Source: the human T2T-CHM13v2.0 reference genome, Homo sapiens
Direction: 5' to 3' (one strand)
DNA: 64,000 bases
Assembly: GCF_009914755.1 (NCBI RefSeq)
Contig: NC_060935.1
Shown here: positions 45,789 through 64,000 of the stretch, one piece after another
Layout of the letters: each line of letters starts with the position of its first letter
Numbering within the stretch: position 1 is the stretch's first letter
Made by a program: the position numbers and the translations under genes
Notes under the pieces: model-generated
What the model was told of the DNA's origin: nothing
The model's database searches: none
Seen by the model: the letters and a program-made list of their open reading frames with translations, nothing else

Positions 45789-46196
45789 TAAATAAGGAAG
45801 TGCACATTTTTATTTTTCACAGGCAATGTAACCCATCCTGCCCTATAAAGAACACTTGTCTATCCAGAACATGGACAAGAATGTCTTCTCTACAGCTAGG
45901 AAAAAAATTACAAAGCTCAGACCTGGACTGACCCAAGAATAAAACCCCAGATCATTTGTCTTCCATAGCCTAGTTACTCTTACTTTCCACAAAATTCCAG
46001 TGAGGAACTATGGTGTTTAAAGGTATTCGTTGCCACTCCCTGAGGAGGGGGGATTATGCTTCCTCACCCCACTGACATCTGGCTTGGTCGTATGATTTGC
46101 TTTAGCCAAGAAAATGCCTCACTTCTAAGCAGAAGCAGACCCTGCGCATGTTTACCGTGTTTTATTTTCCTTCTGTTACAAAACCAGTAATGGATA

Positions 46197-46487
46197 GCTG
46201 GGCACGATGGCTCACACCTGCAATCCCAGCACTTTAGGAGGCCAAAGCTGGGATTGCTTGAGCCCAGGAATTCAAGACCAGCTTAGGCAACATAGTGAGA
46301 CCCTGCCTTTACAAAAAAATACAAAATTATCTAGGCATGGTGGTGCGCACCTGTAGCCCCAGCTAGTTGGGAGACTGAGCTGGGAGGATAACTTGAGCCT
46401 GGAGGTCAAGGTTGCAGTGCCATGATGGTGTCACTGCTCTCCAGCCTGGACAACAGAGCAAGACTTTGTCTCAAAACAAAACAAAAC
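46197..46487 (+). mobile_element. AluJ-like, within an MLT1 remnant (about 46010-46660)
   Basis: Diverged Alu consensus with a caaaa tail. Confidence 0.88.
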
Positions 46488-47725
46488 CCAGTAATGCCCC
46501 ACATATAGGCTACCGATCAGCCAAGATGTCATGGGGTAGTGCTACAGCTGACCTGGGTGGAGATGCAGAGGGAGCAAGAGATACATTTGGTTGCTTTAAG
46601 CCGCTGGAATTCAAGAGTTATTTGTGATTGCAACATAATCTAACTTATCCCAACTTATACAGAATGGCCTCATTTTCCAGGATCACATCAACTTAAAATC
46701 AGCAAATTTTGAGATCCTAGATGGCCCTTCTCTAACCTCTAGAATCTGACTTTACACAGAATATATATTTGTTAAATTCATAGATGGGAACTCCTATTCC
46801 CTCTGAGTCAGATCCAGACTCCTTCATCTGCACTCACAACCCTCCATGGCCAGTCATTTCAGCCTTGCCTCCCACTACCCCACAAACGACCAATTTGCTC
46901 ACTCACCTGCACATGCTTTTCATTTGTTCATTCATTCATTCATGTACTCTTTTATCCCATATGTACTGGTGCCTGCTCTGTGACAGGAAGTGTGTGTGAT
47001 GCAGAATTGTTTACACAGACATGGTCTCCCTGCCCTGGTGGTTTAGTTCCCAGACCTTGGTCTTGCAGTTTCTCTCTGCCAAGAGCATTGTTCTGACTTT
47101 TCTCTGCCTGTCTAAGCTGCTAGCCCTCCTTCTACACACAACTCAAACCGTGCCTCCTTCCACTAACTCATCACCCCACTTACTCTGGCGCACCCTCTCC
47201 TTCCTCTCAACTCCTACACCAATCATTTTCTTATTGATTACGTGGCAATTAGTTACATCCTGCCTGATAGTCTCTCTCCTATTGTGTTTTGAACGACTAT
47301 TGAAATCTCATTATTAAAATATGTATACCTTTTCTCATGTTCTTAAATAGGTCCATAGAAGCAGCACATCCCCTAATGCAGGCTGAACTAATTAATTAAA
47401 ACCAAGTGTAGTACCTTTATTTACATTAGAAGACTTGTCTACATTCAACCAACTTTGACCTAGAAAAATGGCACTTTCCCAATAATCATATGAAAAAAAG
47501 CTCAACATCACTGATCATTACAGAAATGCAAATCAAAACCACAATGAGATACCATCTCACACCAGTCAGAATGGTGATAATTAAAAAGTCAAAAAATAAC
47601 AGATGCTGGCAAGGTTGCGGAGAAAAGGAACACTTTTATGCTGTTGGTGGGAGTGTAAATTAGTTCAGCCATTGTGGAAGACAGTGAGGTGATTCCTCAA
47701 AGACCTAAAGATACACATGCCATTC

Positions 47726-53680
<5,955 letters not shown>

Positions 53681-55589
53681 ATTCAACCCAGCAATCCAAT
53701 TACTGGGTATATACTCAAAGAAATATAAATGGTTCTATTATAAAGAGACATGCATGTGTATGTTCATTGCAGCACTATTCACAATAGCAAAGACATGGAA
53801 TCAACCTACATGCCCATCAATGATAGACTGGATAAAGAAAATGTGGTACATATACATCATGGAATACTATGCAGCCATAAAAAAAGAATGAGATAATGTT
53901 CTTTGCAGCAACATGGATGGAGCTGGCAGCTATTATCCTTAGCAAACTAATGCAGGAACAGAAAACCAAATACCGTATGTTCTCGCTTGTAAATGGGAAC
54001 TAGATGATGAGAACACATGGACACATAGAGGGGAACAATGCACACTGTGACCTTTCAGAGGATGGAGGGTAAGAAGAGGGAGAGGACTAGGAAAAATAAC
54101 TAATGGATACTAGGCTTAATACCTGGGTGATGAAATAATCTGTACAACAACCCCCATGACACAAGTTTGCCTGTGTCACAAACCTGCACATCCTGCACAC
54201 GTTCCCCTGAACGTAAAATAAATGTTAAAAAATAAATAAATAGAATGGTGGGGAAAAAAAGGTAATTTCCTATGGTTCAACCTAATAATTCTACTACAAA
54301 AAGTAATCTGTTAGCTTTGGAGTCCTCTCCCTTGTTAGGGGTTTCTAGGGAAGAACACACACGACCTGTCCTCACAGGGGTCCCACCCACAGGCCCCAAC
54401 ACTTGCTAAAATCTGTGTCCCTTAGAGATAGCGTTGGCAGGCATTGGGGAAATAACTGTTTCTGGGGCATCAGCCCCTTTAAACCTGCTGACCAAGTCCT
54501 CCGCTCTCATTCTGCAGTAGGAAAGTTTACAAAGATACAGCAGAAAGAACAGAGAAAACCAAAAAAGGAGAAGGTACTAATTGTTGAGCATTTACTATGT
54601 GCCAGGCCCTCAGACTAAGTGTTGCATATATATATGCCTATTGATCCTCGAAGACAATCTTGAAAAGTGAGCACTTCCCATTTTCCAGAGAAGGAAACAG
54701 GCTTACAGACATGACGTGTCGTGCTCACGGTCACTGAGCAGTGAAAGCCAGTGTCCCCTTATCTGTGACATTCACACAGCTGGTTATTTGGGAGTATTTG
54801 ATGGTTTTGTGAGTATTTGATGGTTTTGTGAAGCCTGAGCTGACTCCTCTTGTACCCATCTGCTTGACTGGTACAATCATCTCCCTCACACAGATGCAGA
54901 GGTGAGCCCCGAAGACATTGAGCCTTGCCTCTCCCATCACACGACAAATGAATGGCAGGAGGATTGCTTCAACAGGGCATGCCAGAATCATCCCACTCAG
55001 CCTGGTAGCTTCATTGGCACGGTTGAGCTGGCAACAGGACACTCATGCAGGGCAACTGAATAATCAGAAGCAGTGAAGCCTGAACTCTAACCACTATCAT
55101 TTTAAGGATTATTATGTGCAGTTATTTCAGCTAATTAAACCTTGAATGCCTGCCAGCTCAGCTTCCAGCTCAGAGAGGAAATGCAGGCATGCATGGCCTC
55201 AGCTTCCCTTCCAGCCTCTGTCTGCCTTGCAGGGGGAGCAGAGCTCAGGGCCTGGGAATGGAGGGAGCAAGGAGAGCAGCAGAGCAAGGGAGGGGCCCTC
55301 AACCACTGTGGCCACTTCCCCATGGGAACGCAGAAGTTCTGATCCTTGCCACGGGAAAAATCCCCTGACTTTTGTAGCCTCTCAGGTATGGGAAGTTACA
55401 GCCTGTTCTTTACTGGTTCATCAAGGAAGAGTCGGGTCTGGCTTGAAGCCTGGAATCAATGCCAAGAGCAAAGTTGAGGTCCCAGCTTTGTGGCTGGTAG
55501 CTGTGAGGACCTGGACAATCTTCTGTTTTCTCACCTGCATGCTCTCTGAAATTTAGCTTTTGCACAAAAATGTGTAGACAGGGTACCTA

Positions 55590-55792
55590 GTGCTGTGCCT
55601 ATCCAATACAGTAGCTACAAGCCACATGGAGCAGTTTAAATTTCAATTTCAATCAATTAAAATTAAATTAGATTAAAAATTCCATTTCTCTGTCACACTA
55701 GGCAATTTCAAGTGCTCAGCAAGCCTACTGTATTGGACAGGGCAGCTACAGAGCATCTCCATCATCACAGGATGTTCCAAGGGACAGCACTG
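55590..55792. mobile_element. MER3-like DNA transposon
   Basis: tccaatacagtagctacaagccacatgg...aattaaaattaaattagattaaaaattcc...ccatcatcacaggatgttccaagggacagcactg. Confidence 0.75.
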
Positions 55793-56420
55793 GCCCTGTG
55801 ATTGAGGGTGTGAACCCTGATTCGACTCAAGGCTGCAATCCCAGCTCCACCGCTTACTGGTGACCCTGGGCAAGTTACTGAACCTCCTCATCCTCAGTTT
55901 CCTCATCTATAAAATGGGAAATAACAGGATCCAGCCCAGAGTTTTTGTAAAGATTAAATGAGAAATGTGTGTAAGATACTTAGAAGAATGCCAATAATGG
56001 TAAGCACACTATAAATATTAGCTCTTAGTAACGTATTTTGAGGAGTATGTATAAATTCATTCTATTACAGGGCTTTACAGTTCTAGGAAGCAGTTTCAAA
56101 ATCACTATCTCATTTGAATTTCACAAGGGTTCCATGGGGCAGGCGGTGGCACAAGGAGTCGGCTGAACCCTTTTATTAATACAAGAAGGCAAACTAAAAT
56201 CCATAGGTTACCTGACTGCCTGAAAGGGTGGCAGAACTAAGAACTAGGACTTGAACTAAGGGAATAATTCAAGAACTAACATCTGTAGACTCTTTTACAC
56301 TTCATGTCCTATTTCAGATTTAGCATAATCTAAGGAGGCCAGGAATGTGCCTCCCATGTTAAGAGTGAGGTTCTGCGATGGGAGTAATCCCAACGCTCAC
56401 TAGCCCTTACATAGCACAGC

Positions 56421-56579
56421 CCTTGGTGCTCTTGCACTTGGCCTCCCTCCCTCCCCATGTTCCTTGTCCATTGCTACCTTGGGCTTCCTTACAGCATGGG
56501 GGACCCAGGGTAAGTAGAGTTTTACATGGTGGCTGGCTTCCAAGAAAGAGGTGGTGAAGCTGCTAGTCCTCTTTGGTCT
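56421..56579 (-). repeat. 159-bp inverted copy of 58863-59022 (internal MLT1 segment) sitting inside a MIR
   Basis: Manual alignment about 87% identical. Confidence 0.85.
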
Positions 56580-56958
56580 TAACTGTATGCCAGGCACTGT
56601 CCTGTAATCTCCACAACTCAGTAGGGTAGGTACACATATGATTCCCATTTTAGTGATGATGAAGGTAAAGCACACAGAGGGTAAGCAACTTTCCCAAACT
56701 CACACAGCCAGGAGGTGGTGGAGTCAGGACATCAGAGCCCAGGAAGTCTGATTCCAGCCTGGCTTCAGAGATGTCACCATTCACCTGCCCACATCCCAGG
56801 ACAGGTGCAGGAAGCAGGAGGACAGAGCTCTTTGTTCCCAGGGCCTATTTCTCTCCTTCTCTCACCTGTGTCCAAGGACAGGAGAGTACAGCCCCTCTCC
56901 CAGCCTCAGGGGATTGCTGGGGGACACAGGTGCCTTTCTGTGCCTCTTGCTATCACCC

Positions 56959-57375
56959 TGTATTCCTTTGTTAGTGCTGCCATAAAAAAGCAACACAGAA
57001 CAGAGGGCTTAAACAACGTAAATTTATTTTCTCACAGTTCTGGAGGCCAGAAGTCCCAGATCAAGGTGTCAGCAAAGTTGGTTCTTTCTGAGGGCCATGA
57101 GGGAAAGATCTGTCCCAGGCCCCTTTTGTTGGCTTGTAGATGGCCTCAGTCTTCCCATGTCTTCACATCCTCTTCCCTCTGTACAGGTCTATATCCAAAT
57201 CTCATCTTAGGAGGACCCCAATAGTATTGGATCAGGGCCCACCCTAATGATATCATTTTAATTCAATGACCTCTTTAAAGACTCTATCTCTAAATACAGT
57301 CTCAGTGTGAGATACTGGGAGTTAGAACCTCAATATGTGAATTGGGGGACATAGGGAACAGTTCATCCCATAACA
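56959..57375 (-). mobile_element. MLT1A/B-like solo LTR
   Basis: tgtattcc...tttattttctcacagttctggaggccagaagtcc...gttcatcccataaca. Confidence 0.85.
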
Positions 57376-57597
57376 CCCTCTGTCTGCCTTCATCCTTCTT
57401 GCTCAAGTCAATTCTTGGCCACCTGGAGATGTCAGTGGGAGCAAGGTTCTGGGGGCAGAACTGTGACGAGCTGATGAGTGGAAAGGAGTGTTGATGAAAG
57501 TGGAAACTCTGGAGACCAAATGACAGCCTAAACCACTGTCCACTGAAATGATGGGGATGGGCCTGTGGGGAAGGGAAGCATTATTAATCATTGCAAT

Positions 57598-58312
<715 letters not shown>

Positions 58313-58407
58313 CTATTTGTTTGGTGATTATGTAAAATTAATAACGAAGCTTTACTCTGAGTATGAAAATAAACAAAAACTATTGCTATACCCAAAAAAG
58401 TCTCTGA

Positions 58408-58441
58408 CACACACACACACACACATACACACACACACACA
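58408..58441 (+). repeat. (CA)n microsatellite
   Basis: About 17 CA units with one interruption. Confidence 0.95.
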
Positions 58442-58686
58442 AAAGGGTATTTCATTCATGCTGAACCTATGCAAAGTGAAATGAAGTAACTCATCAAAAG
58501 TCACCACCTAGCATATGGCAGAGCTGGTGCTGATTCATCCATGTTTTTTCAACATTAGCATGCAGAAGGGGTAACTGGAAAAAGATCCCACTACCCCAGA
58601 GATCTTAGAGCAGAGTTCTGGAATGAGTAGCCTCAGCAGTCACACTGCTTGGTGGGTGTAGAGATGGAGTTTGAAAGGTTCTGGGT

Positions 58687-59237
58687 GTGGTCAGCAGTAT
58701 ATAAAAATGGTGCCATAGATTCCTTCCCTCTCTGCTCTTGCTCACAACTCCTCACATCAAGAAGTTAGGTCTTTTTTTCCTCCCCTTCAACTTGGGGTGG
58801 CCTTTTGATTTGCTCTAGTGACTGAAATATGACAGAAGTGACACTGTGACCATTCTGAACCCAGACCAAAGAGGACTAGCAGCTCTGCTACCTCTTTCTT
58901 GAAAGCTAGCCACCATGTAAAAGTCTAGTTACCTTGGGTCCACCATGCTGCAAGGAAGCCCAAGGTAGCTATGGACAGGGACATACGGAGAGAGAGGGAA
59001 GCCAAGTGGAAGAGTACCAAGGTACCAGATACATGCATGAAGCCTTCTTAGGCTTTCCATCCCAGGCCCAGCTTCCAGATAAATGCAACTGAGTGAGTGA
59101 CTAGAGCAGAAGAACCACCCAGCTGAACCCTGCCCAAATTCCTGACCCAAAGAATAATGAGAAACCATAAGTCATTGTTGTTTTAAGCCATTAAGTCTAG
59201 GGATAGCTTATTTTGCATCAAGAGTTAGTTGAAATAC
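58687..59237 (+). mobile_element. MLT1 (MLT1H/G-like) solo LTR
   Basis: tgtggtcagc...aaatatgacagaagtgacactgtg...ttgttgttttaagccattaagt...tgaaata. Confidence 0.8.
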
Positions 59238-59429
59238 TATTCGGAGGGAGAGGAGCTATGGAGGTATGTTAGAAAAAACATACGTCATCAACAGGCAGGG
59301 AGTAGGGAGGGCAGGTCAAGACAAGAACCAGCAAGAGAATATCATGAGCCTTAGCTGGGCAAACAAGGTATTCTACAGTCTGGCCCCATGACGATCCCTG
59401 GCACTTCAAGCACACATAGCTATGGGGTG

Positions 59430-60070
59430 ATCTCTAAGCCTCACACAGCTTTGCCTTTGCACATGCCATTTCTTCCTTCTGGTGTGCCATTTGCTCACTT
59501 ATCCTTCCAGATCCAGTATCAAAGACAGACCAAAAACCCATAAGAAGGCAATGGGTTTTAAGGCCCTTAGAGTCTGACTCTTGTCTATTTCTCCAGCTTC
59601 ATCTCTTACCCTCTCCTCTCTCTGTGCTCCAAACACATGGGTCTTATTATAATAGTTATTTGCACCTTTTGCTCCTTCCCTTGGACCTTTTGCTCCTTCC
59701 CTCTACAGAACCTTTGGAGGTGCTATTTCCTCTGCTAAGGATGCTTCCCCACATCCACACTCATTCCACTTGGCCTAGTTAATTCCTGCTTCTCCTTCAA
59801 CTATCAGCTGAAGAATTTCATCTTCAGGGAAGCCTCCCATAGATCCCAAAGTCAAGTCTGGTTCCCTTGTTATTTATTCTCATAGCACCATATTCCTGCC
59901 CTGCCCCCAGGGTTATTCTGAGAAATCTGATGCTCCTGTTCTCATAGACTGTCAGTTCCTTTAGGTCAGGGACCATATCTGTCTGTGATCACTACTATAT
60001 CACCAGTGCCTAGAACAGTTTGTGGCACATAGTAGATGCTCAGTAAATACCTATTGAATGAATGAATAAA
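59430..60070 (+). mobile_element. L2 3' end
   Basis: Ends ggcacatagtagatgctcagtaaatacctattgaatgaatgaat. Confidence 0.8.
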
Positions 60071-61447
60071 TATTATCTCCTCTAAATAGCTTTAATTGAC
60101 ACTCCTCTCCCTCTGAGATTCAGGCTTTCTTTCTCTTCTTAGTTCCCAGGACACTTAGTTTTTATCTCTTATCATCTTATGCTGAACTGTTCTGGTTATG
60201 TTTGTCACCCCTTCTAAACTGTGACTGTGATAAGGCCCAGGTCCTGTTTGTTTTTCTATCCCAGGAGCACAGCTCCGAAACTGGTGCAGACTAATTTGTC
60301 CATTGTAAAATGTGGAAGCTTGGAAAGATAGAATGTGGATATGCATGCTAGTGGTGAGATTCCCCATCTCATCATATTCAGAAAGCCAAAGGTGTTCTTT
60401 AGAAAACCATGCCAGTGTACCAGTCAGAAATCTCAAATAACTGAAAAAGTCAGCTGCCTTCAGGTATGGTGGGATCCAGGGTCTCACATGCAGGATGTGG
60501 CCTCTGTCTTTCTCTCAACACTATGCTTTGCTGTGTTAGCCTCAATCTCAGGCAGGCTTTATCTATACTTACTAAATTCCAAAAGCTCTAGGTCATATCC
60601 TTCTAACTATGAGTCTATTAAGAGAGATTCTATTCCCCAATAGTTCAAATAAAAGTTCACCAATAGATGCCAAAATTATTATAGTAAAAACGAAAAAAAA
60701 AAAAAAGGCTTACCAATAGAATCTCATGGGACCAGTTTGGTCACATGCCCACCCCTGGGCCAATCACTGTGGCCTTCAAGAATCAACACTGTAATTTATC
60801 AAACATACATCACTTGCCCATTCCTGGAGCTGGAGATAGAATCAGTCTCACTGAACCTATGGGTTTAAAGTGGGCTCAGCAACCAGGAGACAGGGCAATG
60901 GAAACAGAGCACATAAAGTCCACCACATTCACTCTGCCCAGACTTTACAGCTCTGTTCACTGGAGGTCCAAACACACCGAAGAGTCTGCAAGGGATGTTG
61001 CTGCAGAGGCCATGACAGGCTGCGCATGGTGACATTTCCCACTCACTGTGGCTCTAAGATTTCACTTGAGCGGAGCATAGCCTGGCTTTCCATCATCCTG
61101 CTCTCCTTCCACCAGCCCAGAAGCCTGGTGGAGTGAAAGCCAGAGACTCCATGACTAAGGTGCCCTGGGTTGGAGATTCCCCTCACCCACTCCTCCTCCA
61201 GAGAGAACACACACCAAGAAAAAGCACTTAGCCTTGATGCTGGTTTCCTGTCACTGCCCTTCCTATTGAGACGTCATTGGCCTTGGCTCCCCTCCTGACT
61301 TTTCTATTTTTTTCTACCTCCTGTTAAAGAGGCAACAGGTCCGTAAAAGATTTATCCCATAACCTAGTGTTTCAGGCTCTATCTCCCTGTTGGTTAGACT
61401 CCCTGACAGATTAATAAATTAACAATTTATTAATTGTTTTGTTTGTT

Positions 61448-61545
61448 GGATGGATGGATGGATAGATGGATGGATATACGGACAGATGGACAGATGGACG
61501 GATGTATGGATGGATGGATGGATAGATGAGTGGATAGACAGATGG
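61448..61545 (+). repeat. Degenerate (GGAT)n/(GGAC)n repeat
   Basis: Direct inspection. Confidence 0.9.
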
Positions 61546-63459
61546 AGGAGTGCAATGAAAGGTGGATGAATTGGTTCTGAGTGCCCTCAGAACACTCTAT
61601 CTCCTCTTCTCATATTTACCACCCTAGGCTCCAGATTACTGTAAATATAGAAAGCCCTTTTTCTTGTCCTGAAATCAGTTTCCCAGCCCTCTGTTATTAT
61701 AACAATGACTGACATTTAACATGGTTAATTCTTATCCAGGCACTTACCCTGAGCTAAGTACTCATTCAATCTCCACAATTCCATTGTCTGGATGCTGTTA
61801 TTGTCTACAGTTTACAGTGAAGGAAACCAAGGCTCAGAGACAGGAACTTGTCCAAGGCACATAGCCAGTCAATGGCAGAGCCACAACTCAAAGTGTGTGA
61901 CCTTAGCCACTATCTTCTAGGGCCCTATGAACACGAACCTCAGCCCTGTCTACACCAATTTTCTCCTTCTCCCTTGAACATGTCATATCTTTATTCATGG
62001 AATAAGGTCTTCCTCCTCACCTCTTTGTAGACTCATATCAAGGAATACATTCATCAAAGTAACACTAAGTTACACTCTGAACAAATAAACCCTCAAATTT
62101 CAGTAGCTTATCACAACCAAGATTTATGTCCTACTCATGTTATGGACTAATGTGGGGCAAGTGGCCCTCTTCCATCTGATAGCAGGCCTCTAACAGGGGA
62201 AGGGAGAAGTGGAAGAGGAGCACTGGCTCTTTGCTGCCTCAGCCTAAAGGGAACACATGTCACTCCTGCTCACATTTCACTCACCCAACTAATTAGTGTG
62301 TGGACATTTGGCGAACATATCCCATCTCTGCCACAAAGAACCATACACTCCTGCCAGGGGTCATGCAGAAGATAAAGGCTCAGCCAGCCCAGTCAGTACA
62401 AATTCGGAGGGTGGGGGAGGAAAAAAGAGCCAAGATTCAAGCTGGTGGCTGGGGAGTGGAGAGAGATGGATAGGATTCCAGAATTAACCAGGTACAAAGC
62501 ACCCAACACTTGGGTGGTACCCCATGTCTATTGTCTTGAATATTGCTCACAAGTAAGCCAACCCTAAGCTTCTTGGCTAAGACTCAGAACTCTTGTTATC
62601 TAAGTTTATGGCTGTTAATTACAGGATTTGACCTGAATTAACTGAACAATGCAGTAAGAATAACAATCCCTGACTTTTCAAATTTTAGATTTTCCAAATC
62701 ATACAGCAATCATCTCATTTGACCCTCACAATAACCCTATGACGTGGGTATGCTATCTCTACCTCTATTGTGCAATAAGGAAATTTAGAGAAGGATGATG
62801 TAATTGACCAAAGTCGCTCAAAACCTGTGCGTGCTGCAATACATCTCAGTGCCAGTTTTCTAACACATGCTAGGGGCTCTTTCTTCTACAGTTCAGCTGT
62901 GTCTCATGCAAATTTCTATGGAAATCGACAATGTGAAAATGAACATCCATAGGATTTGAATTCAAAAGCTTGGGTGCTCTGTGCACCAAGAGGGAGTTGT
63001 TTAAGCATACAGGTGTTGAAGTCAGATGGCCTGGGTTTTAATCCCAGTTCTGCCACCTGCTAGCTGGGTGATAGCTGGCAAGTTAATCTACCTGCGCTCA
63101 CTTTCCTTATTTGGAAAATAACGATCCACTGTACCTAACCCATAAGATTATGGTGAGGATTAATGAGACAAGGAATATAAAATTCTTAGCACAATGCCTG
63201 GCTCAACATTAGAACTTAATAAACACTGAATGATGCTGCCAAGATCTTTCTGGGAGACAAAAAGATGCCACTATTCCTTCCTTCCTCCCTCAGGGCATGA
63301 TCGTGTCTCACTACATGACACTCTTGGCTTCAGCTGGAGAACAAACGGACCACCTAACCCGGCTTCACGTGCAACTGCCAGCGAGAAGAGAATGTTCTTT
63401 TCTTTGTCTGAGATTCGGCACTGGTCCCTGCCGCCAATCCCAGGTCTTCGTCTCAGATT

Positions 63460-63478
63460 TGCTGCCACCCAGAGGCCA
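63460..63478 (-). promoter_or_regulatory. CTCF-like motif in unique, CpG-richer DNA
   Basis: Minus strand TGGCCTCTGGGTGGCAGCA. Confidence 0.5.
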
Positions 63479-63940
63479 TTTCATGCCATGCCAGGATGAC
63501 TCTCCAAAGTATTCCTTGGGACAGTGGTTTTCAAAAGAAAGTGGGACGTGGGGGCAGGGAAGGAAAAGGAAAACATATCCAACTCTTGGAGGCAGGCGAG
63601 ACTGTGGGGGTTGAAACAATCCCGCAGGGGATCCTGGCGTGCCCTCCACTCTATTCACTTGAGGTTGTCTGATTTCGGTGAAGCCAAAAAGAGAGAAAAG
63701 GGGAAAGGGAGTCAAAAGGATCCTGTCTGTCTTCACCAGCACTAGGAATACATGTCAGCTGGTGCTTTCAAGGGGTGTCAGCTCCACCTCGTGGAATGAG
63801 AGCCAGTGATTTGTTTCTGATGCAATTCTTCAGCCAGTAAACACAGGAACAAGGAAGTTATGACAGGACCTTTCTAAAGATCCTTAAAAATACCCCAGCC
63901 AAAGGGACTAGTATGGAGAATATGTAAAGAATCCTTGCAA

Positions 63941-64000
63941 CCTGGCAGAGCACTGTGGCTCATGCCTGTAATCTCAGTACTTTGGGAGGACAAGGTAGGA
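63941..64000 (+). mobile_element. Alu 5' end, truncated by the window edge
   Basis: gtggctcatgcctgtaatctcagtactttggga. Confidence 0.85.

Overview
Primate (most likely human) genomic DNA, not prokaryotic. The only credible protein-coding gene is APLNR (apelin receptor, class A GPCR; human 11q12 by established knowledge) on the minus strand: intronless CDS 22455->21313 (380 aa), TATA-less promoter near 22.7-23.0 kb, AATAAA at 19055-19060. The rest is intergenic and rich in repeats: about 19 Alu elements, L1 fragments including a twin-primed inverted L1, L2, MIR, MaLR LTRs, MER DNA transposons, and a 2-LTR non-coding ERV1 provirus (47726-53680) with a 4-bp TSD and tRNA-Arg PBS. I found no evidence for a new gene system. 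The most unusual signals are: (1) four locally templated duplications of 108-235 bp, two direct and two inverted, one with a 13-bp flanking duplication, plus several complex micro-duplications; (2) a probable NMD-triggering intron in the APLNR 3'UTR that contains an alternative poly(A) signal and an RNA G4; (3) candidate upstream enhancers (Z-DNA/GATA/ER8; TCF/ETS; tandem RBPJ) and strong CTCF motifs. Repeat boundaries and subfamily names are by eye and approximate.
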